Assembly: GCA_004764695.1 (NCBI GenBank)
Contig: SMSO01000031.1
Location: forward strand, 2,890,436 to 2,954,435
DNA: 64,000 nt
DNA from: Schizochytrium sp. TIO01
Lineage: Eukaryota; Protista; Bigyra: Labyrinthulomycetes
Direction of reading: 5' to 3'
The notes under the pieces were generated by a model, which was not told the DNA's origin, searched no databases, and was given only the letters and a program-made list of their open reading frames with translations. Position numbers and translations under genes: made by a program. This document shows, in pieces, positions 8,658 to 20,888 of the stretch (within the stretch, counting starts at the first letter, position 1; each line of letters starts with the position of its first letter).

Positions 8658-11600
8658 TTTGATCCAACTCTTATGCTCTCCCCAGTAGTAATTCCAACAG
8701 AGTTCAGGTTTTGCCACCAAGATGTCTTCGCTTAACGCAGATTGTCTTCACTTGAGAAGAATATCCAACAGTAGAAAGAAAAGTATCATCTTTTAATCCT
8801 CTGGTCGCTAGTGTTTCCGGTACCTTGCTGCGATACTAAAAGGAAAGTTGGCCAGAAAAGAGAAGTTCATTCAACCCTGGCGATCGACTCGATCCCTCAT
8901 GAGCGCAGTAGCAGCACAAGAGGGCGCGCACCTGGGAAGCCAAAGCGTCTCCTTTTGGACGAACATGAAGCACAGAACGTCAAGAGATGCAGAGCGACGT
9001 ACGATCGACGGAGAAGGCACCGAAGGATAGTCTTGGTGAACCCTTGGACTCGACTCAGATGAAAGACAGCGCTGCATCCGCCGTTGATGCACGCACGCTA
9101 TACAGTAGGAGTATGCTAGCTGCATAGTTAGTTGGCTGTCTTGCTAGCTACTAGCTAGAGATAGCTACTACTACGTGTGCCAGTTAGTAAAATGGCGTCT
9201 GTTTCGAAGGTCTTAACCTTCAAGTCTTTGAACTTGCTCGCTCCTGATTCTCAACAAGAACTGCAGGAGAATGATCTGATTGCAGGATCGCCATACGCGA
9301 AGCTGCACAAGGCCTGGAACGAGGATTCATATTGATTACATCAATTTCCACAATTTGCCATGACGTGGAGACAATGCTTGCTTAGTTATCACATGGCTTT
9401 AAAGCAGAGCAGTATTTAGATCTTCCTTGAAACTTCGTTGTTGCTTCTTTTCACGGTCTGAGTACGGATTATCATGATACGGGAAACCCTTACACGGTTT
9501 ATGTTCCTGTTGTGTGATTTTCGTGTCGCGCCGCAACGGCAGAAGAAGCGGAGATGTGAACGCGTACTTACAACTGAAGAGCCACGAAACTGGAAGCTCG
9601 CTAAATGATCAGGCAGATGCTGTACCATGCGCTTCCCTGCATCCATGCCTTCACGAAGCCGCACGTTGATAACTGTCATATAGCGAGAGGTTGAAGAGGT
9701 CAACCTATGAGCCAAACTTCTAATAAGAAGAATTGGCATTGAAAGACCCTGATCGTTATATATATTATCTTAGTCATAGTAGTTAGGTAGGTACTATCTC
9801 TCTCTCTATTTATATATATATATGTACCTGTTTCTTATTTTTTTATGTTGGGTTACTTACTGCAGTTGTGATAATGGGCTTTGAACACAACATGTCTCGA
9901 TAGATATCTGCAGCCATTAGCAGCTAGTAGCCGGACAAAATCAAGGCGGTAGAGACTGCTGGCGTAAATATGTATCCCGAGCCATATGGGGTAGCCACAT
10001 AGAGTGGCTGCATGGAGAAGCCAGACGGAGTTACATGTTCTAAGTCTTAACTTATTTTACAAATTACAGAAGAAATGAAAGAAGACACGACACGGACCAA
10101 ACTGTCCCCACCTACCTACCGCTATCTATCTATCTAACTAGGACCCATTTTGATAGTTGCAGATGCGCATAAAAGGAACGTTGAATGAACCACCAAGTTC
10201 GTGTTTAGTTGTTGAATTCCATATAGATAAGACACCTATGCAGTGGGCGAAATCTCAGTGAAGGTAGTGTTCATTGTACGTGGACGGGGGTTTTGCTTTT
10301 GTTCAGGAGGAAAGGCTTATGGATGATAATTACCAACTAGCTGTTGGATTTTATGCCAGGCATGGAATTGGCTTCTCGCGAGTTGAATTCATATGCGTCG
10401 GGATAAAAGGACTTAAGCTCGTAAAACAAACAGCAGCAAGAAGGGGAGTGGCTTGCTTGGTCAATGCAACAATATGTCCAGTTGAATGCCTATCATGCAC
10501 TAAGAGTTTGCTGATGTGAACTTCCTTTGTAAGGATGCTGCCGATAAGGAACCCGTGCCGTGCGATCTCACTCATCTGATCCAGTCGTCGTCTGCAATGA
10601 ATAACCCTTCCTTAATGTTGCTCCAGCTAAAGTGCTTTGTATAATGCACGAAGAAGTTCTGCTTGCACTGTCACTTACGAGTCAGCCTGGTGTGATTCCA
10701 ACCACTTTCTTGGCAACTAGATAAAATGCCTGCCATTGGCACACCAACCTCCTCTACCTTAAGCGACTAAAAACCTAGCATCATGAAAAACATCATTCTT
10801 TACGCAGATCTGCAAAAACTCCGTCTGATCTTCATGGCCCAACTCGAGGAGAAAACCAACCGAAGCGAAAAAATCTGCTTACTGGTAATGTAAACTTTGA
10901 TAGTGAACCTGAAAATATTGTAGTTCCACAGCCTATAAACCACTTCCAAAGGAAATCATTTCAAATCTTTATAAGTGAAGTATAGCTTTTTCTTTTCCTC
11001 ATTTCCTTTTTTACTAATACTCTTTCTGTTTTATTTATTATTCAAAACAATTATTTGCATAGATAGTAGTAATAATAATAGCAGCAATAGTAATAGTGTC
11101 TGTCATTCTCTTTCTCTGATCCTGATTTGAGCCAAAGCCGCTTTTGAAAAAGTCGTCTCGCGCAACGTGCTCTCGATCTCCGCCGCGACGAGGTTATCGC
11201 GCGCGGAGGCGGGAACAAGGGACCGTGGAACTCCTGGACTCAGTTTCATCACCTGCTAGCTCCGTCCGGGCCCTTGAAGAAACGACTGAAGCAGCGGCGG
11301 CCTCGCAATTTTTGACCTAGCTCGGTTTGGACAGCTCGCAACCTGTATCCTTCTGTGAAACAGATCCTGACCGCATAAGTTTGCAGCCAACATCCCAAAC
11401 AAAGAGATCTTGAACGTGACACCCAACAGGGTCTGAAGGTTTGAAAAAGCATTTTCAAAGCCGTACTTTTTAGATAGTATTGTACACAAGTAGGGAGGAT
11501 CTATATCAGAAGCAGATACAGCGCAATTCTGACATCTGATAGCTTGCCCCTTCGTACTTGGTGAGATCCCGGTGAGGCTTTTTGACGACCGTAGAAAACC

Positions 11601-11724
11601 AATATAGAACTGTGGTGAAAGAGGATCTCTAGCTAGATTTGCTATCAAAGGTGGTAGACACCGGAAGGGATATTCAGGCCACCGAGTGGTGTGTGTGTGT
11701 GGAGAGCACAAAGATCAAAAGAAA

Positions 11725-14700
11725 ATGAAACGCAACCCATCTTCCGTGAGTCAGGCTGGCGAATCGACAAGTGGACGAAGAAGCTACATTTCATATGATT
11801 ATAGGGCAGCTTCTCAAGACGGATCTGCAAGCCAGAACATTGACGCAGCAGCCAAAAAGCTTCGACACGAAAAGCAAAGAAGCGTACCACAAATTGTACA
11901 GCGCAGGGTTGTTCCTGGATGCGAGCCTATATTTTGTTGGGGCTTACACGCCGGTCGCGAATGGGTCATTGCTGCTGCTAATGCGGGTTTCCTTTCAGTA
12001 CTATGCAGCGGTGCTGCTGGAGCCTCAAGTCAGAACAAATCATTCAGCCTGTGGCAAACTATCGATTTACGGAGACATGAAGGTCGCTTTGCTAAGCACA
12101 AGGCGCCTCAGACCCCGCCTTCTGGGGAACAGCAGGCACCGGCGAATATAGAAACCACCACTAATTATGAAAAACCATCAAGCACCGAGACAGAAGCAAA
12201 AGATGAAGGTCAAGAGTCGTATTTCAATACGGAATTTTGGAAAGTCACTGCCCTGGCTTGGTGTAAACCGCCAAGTGCAAAGCTAGGGGCACATCCATTG
12301 GATCCAGATGCCCCATATTGTGCTGCGTTTGCGGTGGGAACATACGGTCGTGTATCTATTTTTAATCCGACAGAGCGCAATTCCTTTGAGTGGGAGCTAA
12401 TTTCTGTGCTGGAACCCGCAGGATCTGTTCTTTCGCTTACGTGGGCCCCCGAGGGTCGGCATCTTGTATCAGGAGGTACGCAGCTTATCCTATGGTCCCC
12501 GGAAGCAAATGCCATAGCTCCTAGTGGGGCCAGTTCTATTGCCGGTAGTGTATATAGTATGGGTTCAGCTGGGTTTACATCTGCTAATACAGAAAGGAAT
12601 CATGCAAAATTATTAGCCTCACGATCTCCAGCACTCAATGGTGGTTCACGCAGATCACCATCAAGCCCAGAAGATGAGGTAAAGAATGAACCTCGCTCTT
12701 ACCCACGCACCGGAAGCAGTTATGGAGGTGAATACTCCACCAACGATGGGTGTGATGACGATGTTGACCTTCAAAGTGAACCCTACAACGACGGAGACGA
12801 GAGAATCGCTCTCTTTGATGCCAGCTGGATTCTTGAAGAAGCTGAAGATGTGATTACGCTGGTGGATTTCTCTGCAGATTGTCGAATGTTTGCCAGCGTT
12901 TCAGAGCACTCGCTTGAGGTCCGCGTCTGGTTTGAAGGTGATAGTTTGTTCGGAAATATGGATTACCTCTCGCTATTTCACCCTCGTGAGGTCCTCTCTC
13001 TGCAATGGCGCTTGCGTGCTGATGGACATTCATACCACGTTCGAGCGCAGCATTCCCATACTCCGCAGAGTCTTGTCACATTATGTGCTGATCACATTGT
13101 GCGCATTTGGCAAGAGAGTGATCCGCAGACTGAAGAGCTCGCTATGTTTGTGGCAATTCATATTGACACGCGTCATCGGCCGCTGCGAAGCATTGGGTGG
13201 CTTCAGTTCATCAACTATTTTGAAGGCCTTCGATCACCGTTCCCTGAGCACAACATGTACACTTCGATGCGAGAGGATTTTATTGTTGGATTTAATTCGG
13301 CAAGTACATTTTTTCAGAGCCACGCACACCAGACTACCATCTGGGGCGAGCACCAGACCCACTCAGTCGAATTGCGGACGGGTCCTATTGCCCAAGAGTC
13401 ACAAAGCTCTCTAGACTGGCTCACTGCCGTAGATCAGGCAGGACAGGTGTGTATGTGGAGCCTTGAGGGTCTCAGTGATTCACCTCGTCGAGATATCCAC
13501 ATCCTTCCATGGAATAAATCATGCGCAAAGGTTTTTACCCAGGTTGATGTTGGTGGCCCAAACCAAAACCCATTTGTCTTACGGCGTCCAGATGATGTTT
13601 ACCTTACTCGCCGCCTCAGCGGCATGTCTGATGATGAGCTTCTTCAGTACGAAGCTCGCGAGGGATTCTTTGAAGAAATGATGAATCAAGCCACCTCAGA
13701 AGACGCATGGAATATCTATGCTCATAACAGTTTCATTGCCACGTGCCGCGTCACTCAAGAATTTGACCCTCACACTGAGCGAGATCCATGGCCCTCAACG
13801 TGCGTGTTCGATGTGAATCCTCGCAATATCGAAACTCTCTCGTTTGGTGAATCAGGCCTTGTGTATTCGTTTGCGGAAAATGATGCTATGAAAATGAACT
13901 CTGCATATGGAACAGTTACACACATGACGTTATGCATTGCACAAGGTCATGTCTCGGACATATTCCGCATAGGATACGAACGCGTCATTGACGTTGCTAC
14001 AAATTATTCTGTGCTGGAGGAAGCATACTGGGTAACCACGGTAGATAAAGGTGGCGTTGCTGTGACATGGCCAGTAAGGTCAGGATCAAGAGAAGAGGAA
14101 GTCGATGCCGATGCACTGATTCGAAGCGGGTCTATTTCGTTACCCATGCGTGGACAAGTTGTTCATGCGATTGTCACGGAAGTTGCACCTTTTCATCTGT
14201 TGTGCTTAATTGTGGACCAAGACGACCAACTTTTCGTATGGCAAAGGGTTGGTGCAATGGTGCATGAATGGTCCCAGATAGAGGTCTCAGACGAAATTCA
14301 CAGCGCATGCGGTACTGCCGGAGGATGTGTTCAAGACGTCTTTGCTGTGCGTGACGGTAACTATCTGGTACACTTTGGAATTCATGTGAACAATGGATGT
14401 CTTATCTTTCTCCCTGCAAAAGAAATCCTCCGGCCTGAACCTTCTGTAGATCTAGGTGCAATCGAACGTTGTGAATTTCCAGAACCGCCTCTCTGTATTG
14501 CCCCGGTTGCAGAAAAGCAATTGTATAAGCACGGTGTCCTTGCCCTTGTAGCGATGCCAAACGGCCGTTGCATCCTACAAGGTTTAAAACAAGGTCAAAG
14601 TCCTCAAACGAGCTTTGAAATGTTTCCTTCCGATAAAACTATTAGCGTTGCAAGTGCTGCTAATGGTGAAATTGTTACTGTACATGAATCTGGAGCAGTG

Positions 14701-17700
14701 CACATCTGGGCCCCAAGACTTTGCCACATGCAGTACAGATTGCAGACTACCATTCGAGTACAAGATGATGTTCTTGGACCTTGCTTAGTGAAGATGGCGA
14801 GTGCTTTATACCTTGGTGCTGGTGTCAGTGTCCTTGGAATTGGTATTCATGAGCAGAGCGAGCATGGAGAACGCGTTGCCAAGGTTCTCTTGTATTCGCG
14901 AGCACGAACAGAGTTTCGCCTTGTTGCAAGTGACGAACAAATTGAATATACCCTCTTAGGATCAACACGCGCGGCGCTTCGACGATCTGATTTGGTGGGT
15001 ATTGCATGGTCAGGCCGCGATTTTGGTCTTATCGCTGCAACCTCGACTCAAATCCATTTATTTCAGGGTTGGCTACGCTATCCTCCAGTCGGGGATATCG
15101 CCAAAGAGTTAAGTAACATCCGCCGCCGTAAGCAGCTTGAGCATAAAGGTGTGGCTTCTAGCCTCACAGGCCAGTTGGAATCTATTAATGGAATCGGTGA
15201 CTCGGCCGTTGCTATGCAACTACCCCTAGCACTGCATCATCCTCGACCTATTCTCGAATTGCTTCGCGCTGGCTGTGTGAAACCTGTACGAGCAATTCTG
15301 AAGACGATTTTGAACTGTCTCGAAGCTCGTAAACAGGAGAACGAGGATGCATATGGTACTGAAGACACACCACCTCGCTCTGCAATGCTTATTTCCCCTC
15401 CAAATGTAGCTCTGCATGAAATTGTACGAGAAATTTGGAACGAAACTGACAATCAAATGAACCCAGCCTCTGCATCCAATATGAACCAAAACACAAGTGC
15501 TACAAATGAGGGGTCCTCCAACGATACAGCGGCAGCGCTCTTCGCAGATGATGACTGGTCCATGGGTGGTATGACTCGCACAACAGGCGGAGCAGCTTCT
15601 GCTTTATTCGATGAGGATCCATGGGATTCAATGATTTCATCTACTGCAGTGTCTACTACGCTTTCGGATCCAACTGCTTTTTCAGAGCGTGAGGTCTCGG
15701 CATTGAGCGAGCTTCTTACATTGTATACTATCAAAGGCCTCAAACCTTCAGAGCAATTGCAGTTAACTGCCCTCTCCGGTGTCTTTGACAATATATATGG
15801 AATGAAAGATGATGACAAAGCGGGGTTTGGCGACTCGGTCGATGCATGTGGTGCCAAGTTCATGCTTTCATTTGAGCTATACCAAGTATCAAAGCGTGTC
15901 CTGCCACCATCCGAGCGACCCCGAGCTATGCCATCAGCAGATCTTCTATGGGCGTTAGAGTCTGACAGCCAGGATGCTCTTTTATCAAAGTGCTTACCAA
16001 GTGGAGAATGCACCTGGGAAGACGCTAAACGTATTGGTGTAGGTCTCTGGCTTCGTAGTCAGCACGCTGCTCGTGTGCTTGCTGAAGATATTGCCAAGAC
16101 TCAATTTAAGGAAGATAAGAGCCGTGATCCATTCTCATGTGCACTATTTTACTTTGCACTGAATAAGGCATCTGTTGTGAGTGGTCTCTTCAAGCTTGCC
16201 AAGAATACCAAAGCAGCAGAGCTTCTTGCTAACGACTTTACGGATGAACATTGGCAGGAGGTGGCTGTTAAGAACGCTTTTTCTCTCCTCCGCAAACAGA
16301 AATATCTTGAAGCAGCATCATTCTTCGTACTTGGCAATCGCTTGCAAGAAGCCACAAACATTTGCATTAAGAATTTGGGTGACTTCCAGCTGGCAATATT
16401 CCTGTGCAAGCTCGTAGAGGGGGCAGATGGTGAGGTTCAACGCAGTATTTGGGAATACACCATCAAACCTCTTGCGTTATATGTCAAGGACTCATGGCTC
16501 ACAAGTATGTGCCACACTGTTGCAGGAGACCATGCTGGTGCTGTATTAGCTTTTGTTGAAAATCAAGAGGCATTTTTAGATGAACAAGTTAAGGCAGAAG
16601 TGGACCAGAAAACTCAAAGTGAGACCAAGCCCTGGGGATACAAGCACAACATGTCATGGGGTGCTGAGTCGCTGTCTGGAGGGTCAGCGACTAGCGATCC
16701 TGCAGATGAATATAAAATTGAGTTCGATGATTTGAATTCGTTTCTTCGAAAAGGTGTTGTCAACAAAGAATTGTTAGAAAAACTCAGCAAGACTCCATTC
16801 CCAAGCCTAACACGGGCGTTTAACTCTCTCGAACCTGACTATATTCGCACTCTCATCAGCTCAGCTTCGAAACAATCGTCTTTGCTCAGCTTGAAACAGT
16901 CTGGTGCAATGCATCGTGTGCTTCATGAAAGTATGGGTCGCGCTGCCAAACATGCTGCTGCGATGGGTATTCCTCTACTATCCTTACTTACCTTACAGAC
17001 CATCGAATCTGGTCTTTGCACTTCATGTATTGAGCAAACTCGACTTAGATTGGCTGCGCAGGTGCTTCATCCCCTACTGCTCAAAGCACATGCCAGCACA
17101 GAGGATGAACGAGGTGATGACGTACCTCCTAATGGCTGGAGCGTGGTGTTGAGTCCAGAAGCTGTCTCTGACCTGCAGGAGGATCTTGATGCTGTTAACA
17201 AGCAGCTTGCAAAGTGTCCGCCACGAGACATCCTTGAATCTCTTTGGCGTATATCCCGAGCTTCAAATCACATTGCTGCAGAACTAACAGTAATTCGAAT
17301 GCTGAGGGAATCTGAACCTAATGCCTTTCTTGTGCGTCTTCAGCAGGTTTTACACTCGATCATGGACAGCTATGTGGCTCTCGGGCAAGGCAATGCATCA
17401 CTAGGCGTTTCAACTGAGCGAACTTTGCTGCCTGCTCGCCGCCTTGCTTCCTACGCAATTCTTCTCATTGATCTGGCAACTTCTGTAGACAAAATCATGC
17501 AGGTAGTACCTCTGGTTCCTGGCCTCGAAGAGATTCGTCTTTCATCGAGGACTGTTGACTCAGACACCAAAGAAGGAGAAAATGATGTTGAAGAAGACCC
17601 TGTATTGCAAGTTGCTGAGTTGTACAGTAGGATGTTCGAAGCATATGCTCGCGTGGCTTTGTTTGCAGCGGCTTTCGCCATGAAACAACTCGGATTAGTT

Positions 17701-20085
17701 CAAGCTCTTCTTCAAGATAGTTTCTCTATGGAGTCAATCCGGGAAACGGGTTTGAAGCTCGCTCGTACATGGTTTGACTATGAAGAGTTGCTAATATACT
17801 CTACAGAGCAACCATTCAAGTTCACGACTCCGGGTTTGTATGATACTATTGATGAAGACAGCCCCGACGATGACATGATTGAGTGGGGTTTGACGTACGC
17901 TGAGAGACTCATGATGGTTGCAGTGACTCGGTCCATGCTTAAATATGTCATTAATGTGCGCGACCAGATCTCAACTATTCACAACATGTATCAAGATAGC
18001 GGGCCTCAATCACCCAAATCACCTGGATCCCCTACCACTGGAGCTAGCCCTACAGAAAAAATCGAGCACCCAGCAGAGTACTGTCTTGAACTCATGGAGG
18101 AGCTAGTTCAATCTTGCTGGCCCGTAAATTGGTCCATGCTTAGTAACCTTTACTTGACTAGCGTGCCTATAGGTCTATCTGAACAAGCATCTCAAAGACT
18201 GGAACAAATGAAGGTTCAAGCATTCGCTGATGAAGAAAAGTCAAGCTTATGGAATTCAGTCAAGGGCAAGGAACAATTGCGCATCGTCGATGCTACTGCT
18301 CGTTGGACAGGCCGCTCAATTGATCAAGAGCATGCACGCTCAGGTATTATTCCTGACTCCACAATCTTTTGTACCGACAATTCAAAGGTAGTGCATTCTA
18401 GAACTGGCGCACTCGTCCTTTCCGTCGATCCAATCCACGCACTTGATGGAACCTTAGTGATTGCGTCGGAGAGTGGCTGTGAAGTTATTAGACATTCTTT
18501 TGATGACCAAGACGATGATGATGGCGATTGCTCGGGGGCAGCTTCGGAAGATGAAGGATATTTGCCTTTCCGCGCGCATCGCTCCATGCAGCTTCCGCGG
18601 TCACCTGTTTCAGCAGCTGTGGAAAGTAATACCCAACCAGCTTCTCGCATGGGCCATGCGCGCTTCCAGTCGCAGCCTGAAACCGTTTATCGAACTCGCC
18701 GGCGGTCAATTTCTGATGAGGCTCTTCCAACGTTTAGTACTGCCGAATCGCAGGAGAGCTCGCGATCGCTCATGCGGCCTGGTCGTCTTGATTCAAGTGC
18801 CAGTACGAACAGCTCCCGTTTGCTGTCCTCGCGTGGAGTAATATTGCATGCAGCTAAAATTCGCAGACCTCACATCCGCTTGCGGCGTAATGCCCATAAG
18901 CGGGCCGCTGCGTCAAACAGATCCGTAAACAGTATCATGCATCACTCATGGAGATCCTCGGCAAAATCTTTGCTAATGGTGAGTGAGAGTGCTGGCCAGA
19001 TTTGGTTTAATGAATCCCTGCGAATGCCTTTGAATAATAACCTCTACTGTGACAGTTTTCAGCACCGTGTCAGCTCGCACACTCGAGTGGAAGCTCTTCT
19101 GCAGAGCTCTCGTTCTCTTGGAGTGAATGCGCCTGGGCCATTTGGAGAGCATCTTGGCTCAGGTCGATCTCGCCTCCCATCAAACCTGTCAATACGCTCT
19201 GCAAAGAAATCAGAAGAGTCTGTTCGGGCGGTGATGCATGTTACAAGCCACCCCTTTTTACCACTGTACGTTACTGCACAATATGATGGATCAGCAGTAC
19301 TTTGGGATGCGAATAAAGAGAGTGACGAGCCAGTAGTCCGTCTCCATAAGCCCTCTGATGATGTACGCAAGTGGAAGGCTGGGCACACTACTCGCGTTCG
19401 TATTTCTGATGATGGCATGCGTTTTGCTGCATGCGATTCAGCTGGCCATGTCTTGCTCTGGAACTTGGCAGATTGCAGAGACAATGGCAACTACCCATTT
19501 GGTCAGTTTGCCTGCCATAGCAAGAGAGCATTGGACCTTGCCTTCCTCAACTACAACGGCAACATTTTTGCCTCTGCTGGCCAAGGTCAGCATTCTGAGA
19601 ACTTATGCTTATGGGATCTTTCTATGCCACCTCGGTCGTGCCGTGTAGCTTCGGTCCATTGCTGTTCTCATAGCGTTGCCTATTCTCTTGCGTATTTGCA
19701 AGACCAGCAAGTAGTAATTGTTGGAGGTGGAAATGGTCAAATTGGCGTGTTTGACTTACGTCAACGAATGCTAATCTTAGAAGAGGACCATGTTCATAGC
19801 AAGGCCATCCGTTCTCTCGCCGTGCACCCAACTGGTGGATCTTACTTTGCAAGCGGTTCTACCGATGGTTCAGTTAAGCTGTGGTCTTATAGATCAGGCA
19901 GACTTGCCTCTCATGCCCATCTACAGCAAATGCACCCAACCCATATGTTTGTTAATGAGTTGACTAGCGATAGCATCCTGTCGCAACGCGGTACTACGGA
20001 TGTAGCCTTTTCAAGAGACTTTTTATACTCCTGTGGTGCGGATGGCACTGTGAAAATGACTCCTCTCTCATCACTCGCTCTTTAA
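11725..20085 (+). CDS. DMXL: DmX-like / Rabconnectin-3 alpha / Rav1 (RAVE V-ATPase assembly) WD40 protein
   Basis: Uninterrupted ~2786-aa ORF with N-terminal WD40 repeats and a Rav1p_C-type core (WEDAKRIGVGLWLRS...DPFSCALFYFALNK...LLANDFTDEHWQEVAVKNAFSLLRKQKYLEAASFFVLG...LGDFQLAIFLCKLVEG). The C-terminal WD40 propeller includes SHPFLPLYVT, CHSKRALD, NLCLWD and FASGSTDGSVKLW. First ATG is at 11725. Confidence 0.93.
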   Translation: MKRNPSSVSQAGESTSGRRSYISYDYRAASQDGSASQNIDAAAKKLRHEKQRSVPQIVQRRVVPGCEPIFCWGLHAGREWVIAAANAGFLSVLCSGAAGASSQNKSFSLWQTIDLRRHEGRFAKHKAPQTPPSGEQQAPANIETTTNYEKPSSTETEAKDEGQESYFNTEFWKVTALAWCKPPSAKLGAHPLDPDAPYCAAFAVGTYGRVSIFNPTERNSFEWELISVLEPAGSVLSLTWAPEGRHLVSGGTQLILWSPEANAIAPSGASSIAGSVYSMGSAGFTSANTERNHAKLLASRSPALNGGSRRSPSSPEDEVKNEPRSYPRTGSSYGGEYSTNDGCDDDVDLQSEPYNDGDERIALFDASWILEEAEDVITLVDFSADCRMFASVSEHSLEVRVWFEGDSLFGNMDYLSLFHPREVLSLQWRLRADGHSYHVRAQHSHTPQSLVTLCADHIVRIWQESDPQTEELAMFVAIHIDTRHRPLRSIGWLQFINYFEGLRSPFPEHNMYTSMREDFIVGFNSASTFFQSHAHQTTIWGEHQTHSVELRTGPIAQESQSSLDWLTAVDQAGQVCMWSLEGLSDSPRRDIHILPWNKSCAKVFTQVDVGGPNQNPFVLRRPDDVYLTRRLSGMSDDELLQYEAREGFFEEMMNQATSEDAWNIYAHNSFIATCRVTQEFDPHTERDPWPSTCVFDVNPRNIETLSFGESGLVYSFAENDAMKMNSAYGTVTHMTLCIAQGHVSDIFRIGYERVIDVATNYSVLEEAYWVTTVDKGGVAVTWPVRSGSREEEVDADALIRSGSISLPMRGQVVHAIVTEVAPFHLLCLIVDQDDQLFVWQRVGAMVHEWSQIEVSDEIHSACGTAGGCVQDVFAVRDGNYLVHFGIHVNNGCLIFLPAKEILRPEPSVDLGAIERCEFPEPPLCIAPVAEKQLYKHGVLALVAMPNGRCILQGLKQGQSPQTSFEMFPSDKTISVASAANGEIVTVHESGAVHIWAPRLCHMQYRLQTTIRVQDDVLGPCLVKMASALYLGAGVSVLGIGIHEQSEHGERVAKVLLYSRARTEFRLVASDEQIEYTLLGSTRAALRRSDLVGIAWSGRDFGLIAATSTQIHLFQGWLRYPPVGDIAKELSNIRRRKQLEHKGVASSLTGQLESINGIGDSAVAMQLPLALHHPRPILELLRAGCVKPVRAILKTILNCLEARKQENEDAYGTEDTPPRSAMLISPPNVALHEIVREIWNETDNQMNPASASNMNQNTSATNEGSSNDTAAALFADDDWSMGGMTRTTGGAASALFDEDPWDSMISSTAVSTTLSDPTAFSEREVSALSELLTLYTIKGLKPSEQLQLTALSGVFDNIYGMKDDDKAGFGDSVDACGAKFMLSFELYQVSKRVLPPSERPRAMPSADLLWALESDSQDALLSKCLPSGECTWEDAKRIGVGLWLRSQHAARVLAEDIAKTQFKEDKSRDPFSCALFYFALNKASVVSGLFKLAKNTKAAELLANDFTDEHWQEVAVKNAFSLLRKQKYLEAASFFVLGNRLQEATNICIKNLGDFQLAIFLCKLVEGADGEVQRSIWEYTIKPLALYVKDSWLTSMCHTVAGDHAGAVLAFVENQEAFLDEQVKAEVDQKTQSETKPWGYKHNMSWGAESLSGGSATSDPADEYKIEFDDLNSFLRKGVVNKELLEKLSKTPFPSLTRAFNSLEPDYIRTLISSASKQSSLLSLKQSGAMHRVLHESMGRAAKHAAAMGIPLLSLLTLQTIESGLCTSCIEQTRLRLAAQVLHPLLLKAHASTEDERGDDVPPNGWSVVLSPEAVSDLQEDLDAVNKQLAKCPPRDILESLWRISRASNHIAAELTVIRMLRESEPNAFLVRLQQVLHSIMDSYVALGQGNASLGVSTERTLLPARRLASYAILLIDLATSVDKIMQVVPLVPGLEEIRLSSRTVDSDTKEGENDVEEDPVLQVAELYSRMFEAYARVALFAAAFAMKQLGLVQALLQDSFSMESIRETGLKLARTWFDYEELLIYSTEQPFKFTTPGLYDTIDEDSPDDDMIEWGLTYAERLMMVAVTRSMLKYVINVRDQISTIHNMYQDSGPQSPKSPGSPTTGASPTEKIEHPAEYCLELMEELVQSCWPVNWSMLSNLYLTSVPIGLSEQASQRLEQMKVQAFADEEKSSLWNSVKGKEQLRIVDATARWTGRSIDQEHARSGIIPDSTIFCTDNSKVVHSRTGALVLSVDPIHALDGTLVIASESGCEVIRHSFDDQDDDDGDCSGAASEDEGYLPFRAHRSMQLPRSPVSAAVESNTQPASRMGHARFQSQPETVYRTRRRSISDEALPTFSTAESQESSRSLMRPGRLDSSASTNSSRLLSSRGVILHAAKIRRPHIRLRRNAHKRAAASNRSVNSIMHHSWRSSAKSLLMVSESAGQIWFNESLRMPLNNNLYCDSFQHRVSSHTRVEALLQSSRSLGVNAPGPFGEHLGSGRSRLPSNLSIRSAKKSEESVRAVMHVTSHPFLPLYVTAQYDGSAVLWDANKESDEPVVRLHKPSDDVRKWKAGHTTRVRISDDGMRFAACDSAGHVLLWNLADCRDNGNYPFGQFACHSKRALDLAFLNYNGNIFASAGQGQHSENLCLWDLSMPPRSCRVASVHCCSHSVAYSLAYLQDQQVVIVGGGNGQIGVFDLRQRMLILEEDHVHSKAIRSLAVHPTGGSYFASGSTDGSVKLWSYRSGRLASHAHLQQMHPTHMFVNELTSDSILSQRGTTDVAFSRDFLYSCGADGTVKMTPLSSLAL

Positions 20086-20888
20086 ACCGAAGATCAAAAG
20101 CAAAAGCAATAGACGTAAAAATCTCAGCAGCATTTATGCTGTCTTAGTGTCTGTTTCTTGGAATCAAAGCACTCGAGTATTTCTCCCTAATTTTCTATTT
20201 TCTTTTTCTTTTTTCCATGTAGTAATAGTTTTTCTTCGATCATTTCATATTACGTAATCTGCTTTTTTAAAATCACCAAACTGACCAATATTAGGGGACT
20301 TGCTAATATTATTCCTTGTCGCAGAAGCTCATCAGATGCGTCATCCTTGTTTTTATCTAGATCGTATTATGAAGTGCGATTGCTTCCTTGAAGTGAATGA
20401 TGCGCCAGTTACTCAATGTAGGAACCGAGTATTTCTGGGTGTCTGAAAGGATATAATAATATTTTACTAAAGGAAATACTCGTGCTCATTTAAGAAATGT
20501 AATATGACTAAAGGTTGCTTCATCAGTGATGTGGAAAAAGAAGCACATCTGCAACAGGTTGGATTTACATATTTAAAAGAATGAAAGCGGGGGATAAAAT
20601 GTAATAGGAAAGCTAATTGATTCTTGCATTTGGGCGTAGAACTACGGTTGCAAAACGGAGAAAAAAAAAATATGCAGATGGCAATAGGGGAGGAGAAATA
20701 CACTTGGACCAATCATTGGCTGTTTTCGCGAAACTAATTAGCTTTGTTCGCGCTCGATGTGCATGAAGGTACGGCGGTAGAAGGCGCGTTGATTGGTAAC
20801 ATGCAAGGGAGACGTAGAGAGGAGCACCGGTCAGCTTGCCTTTGTGTGTGGTGACCCTACTTGCCGTGTGCAATACGTACATTTGCGT

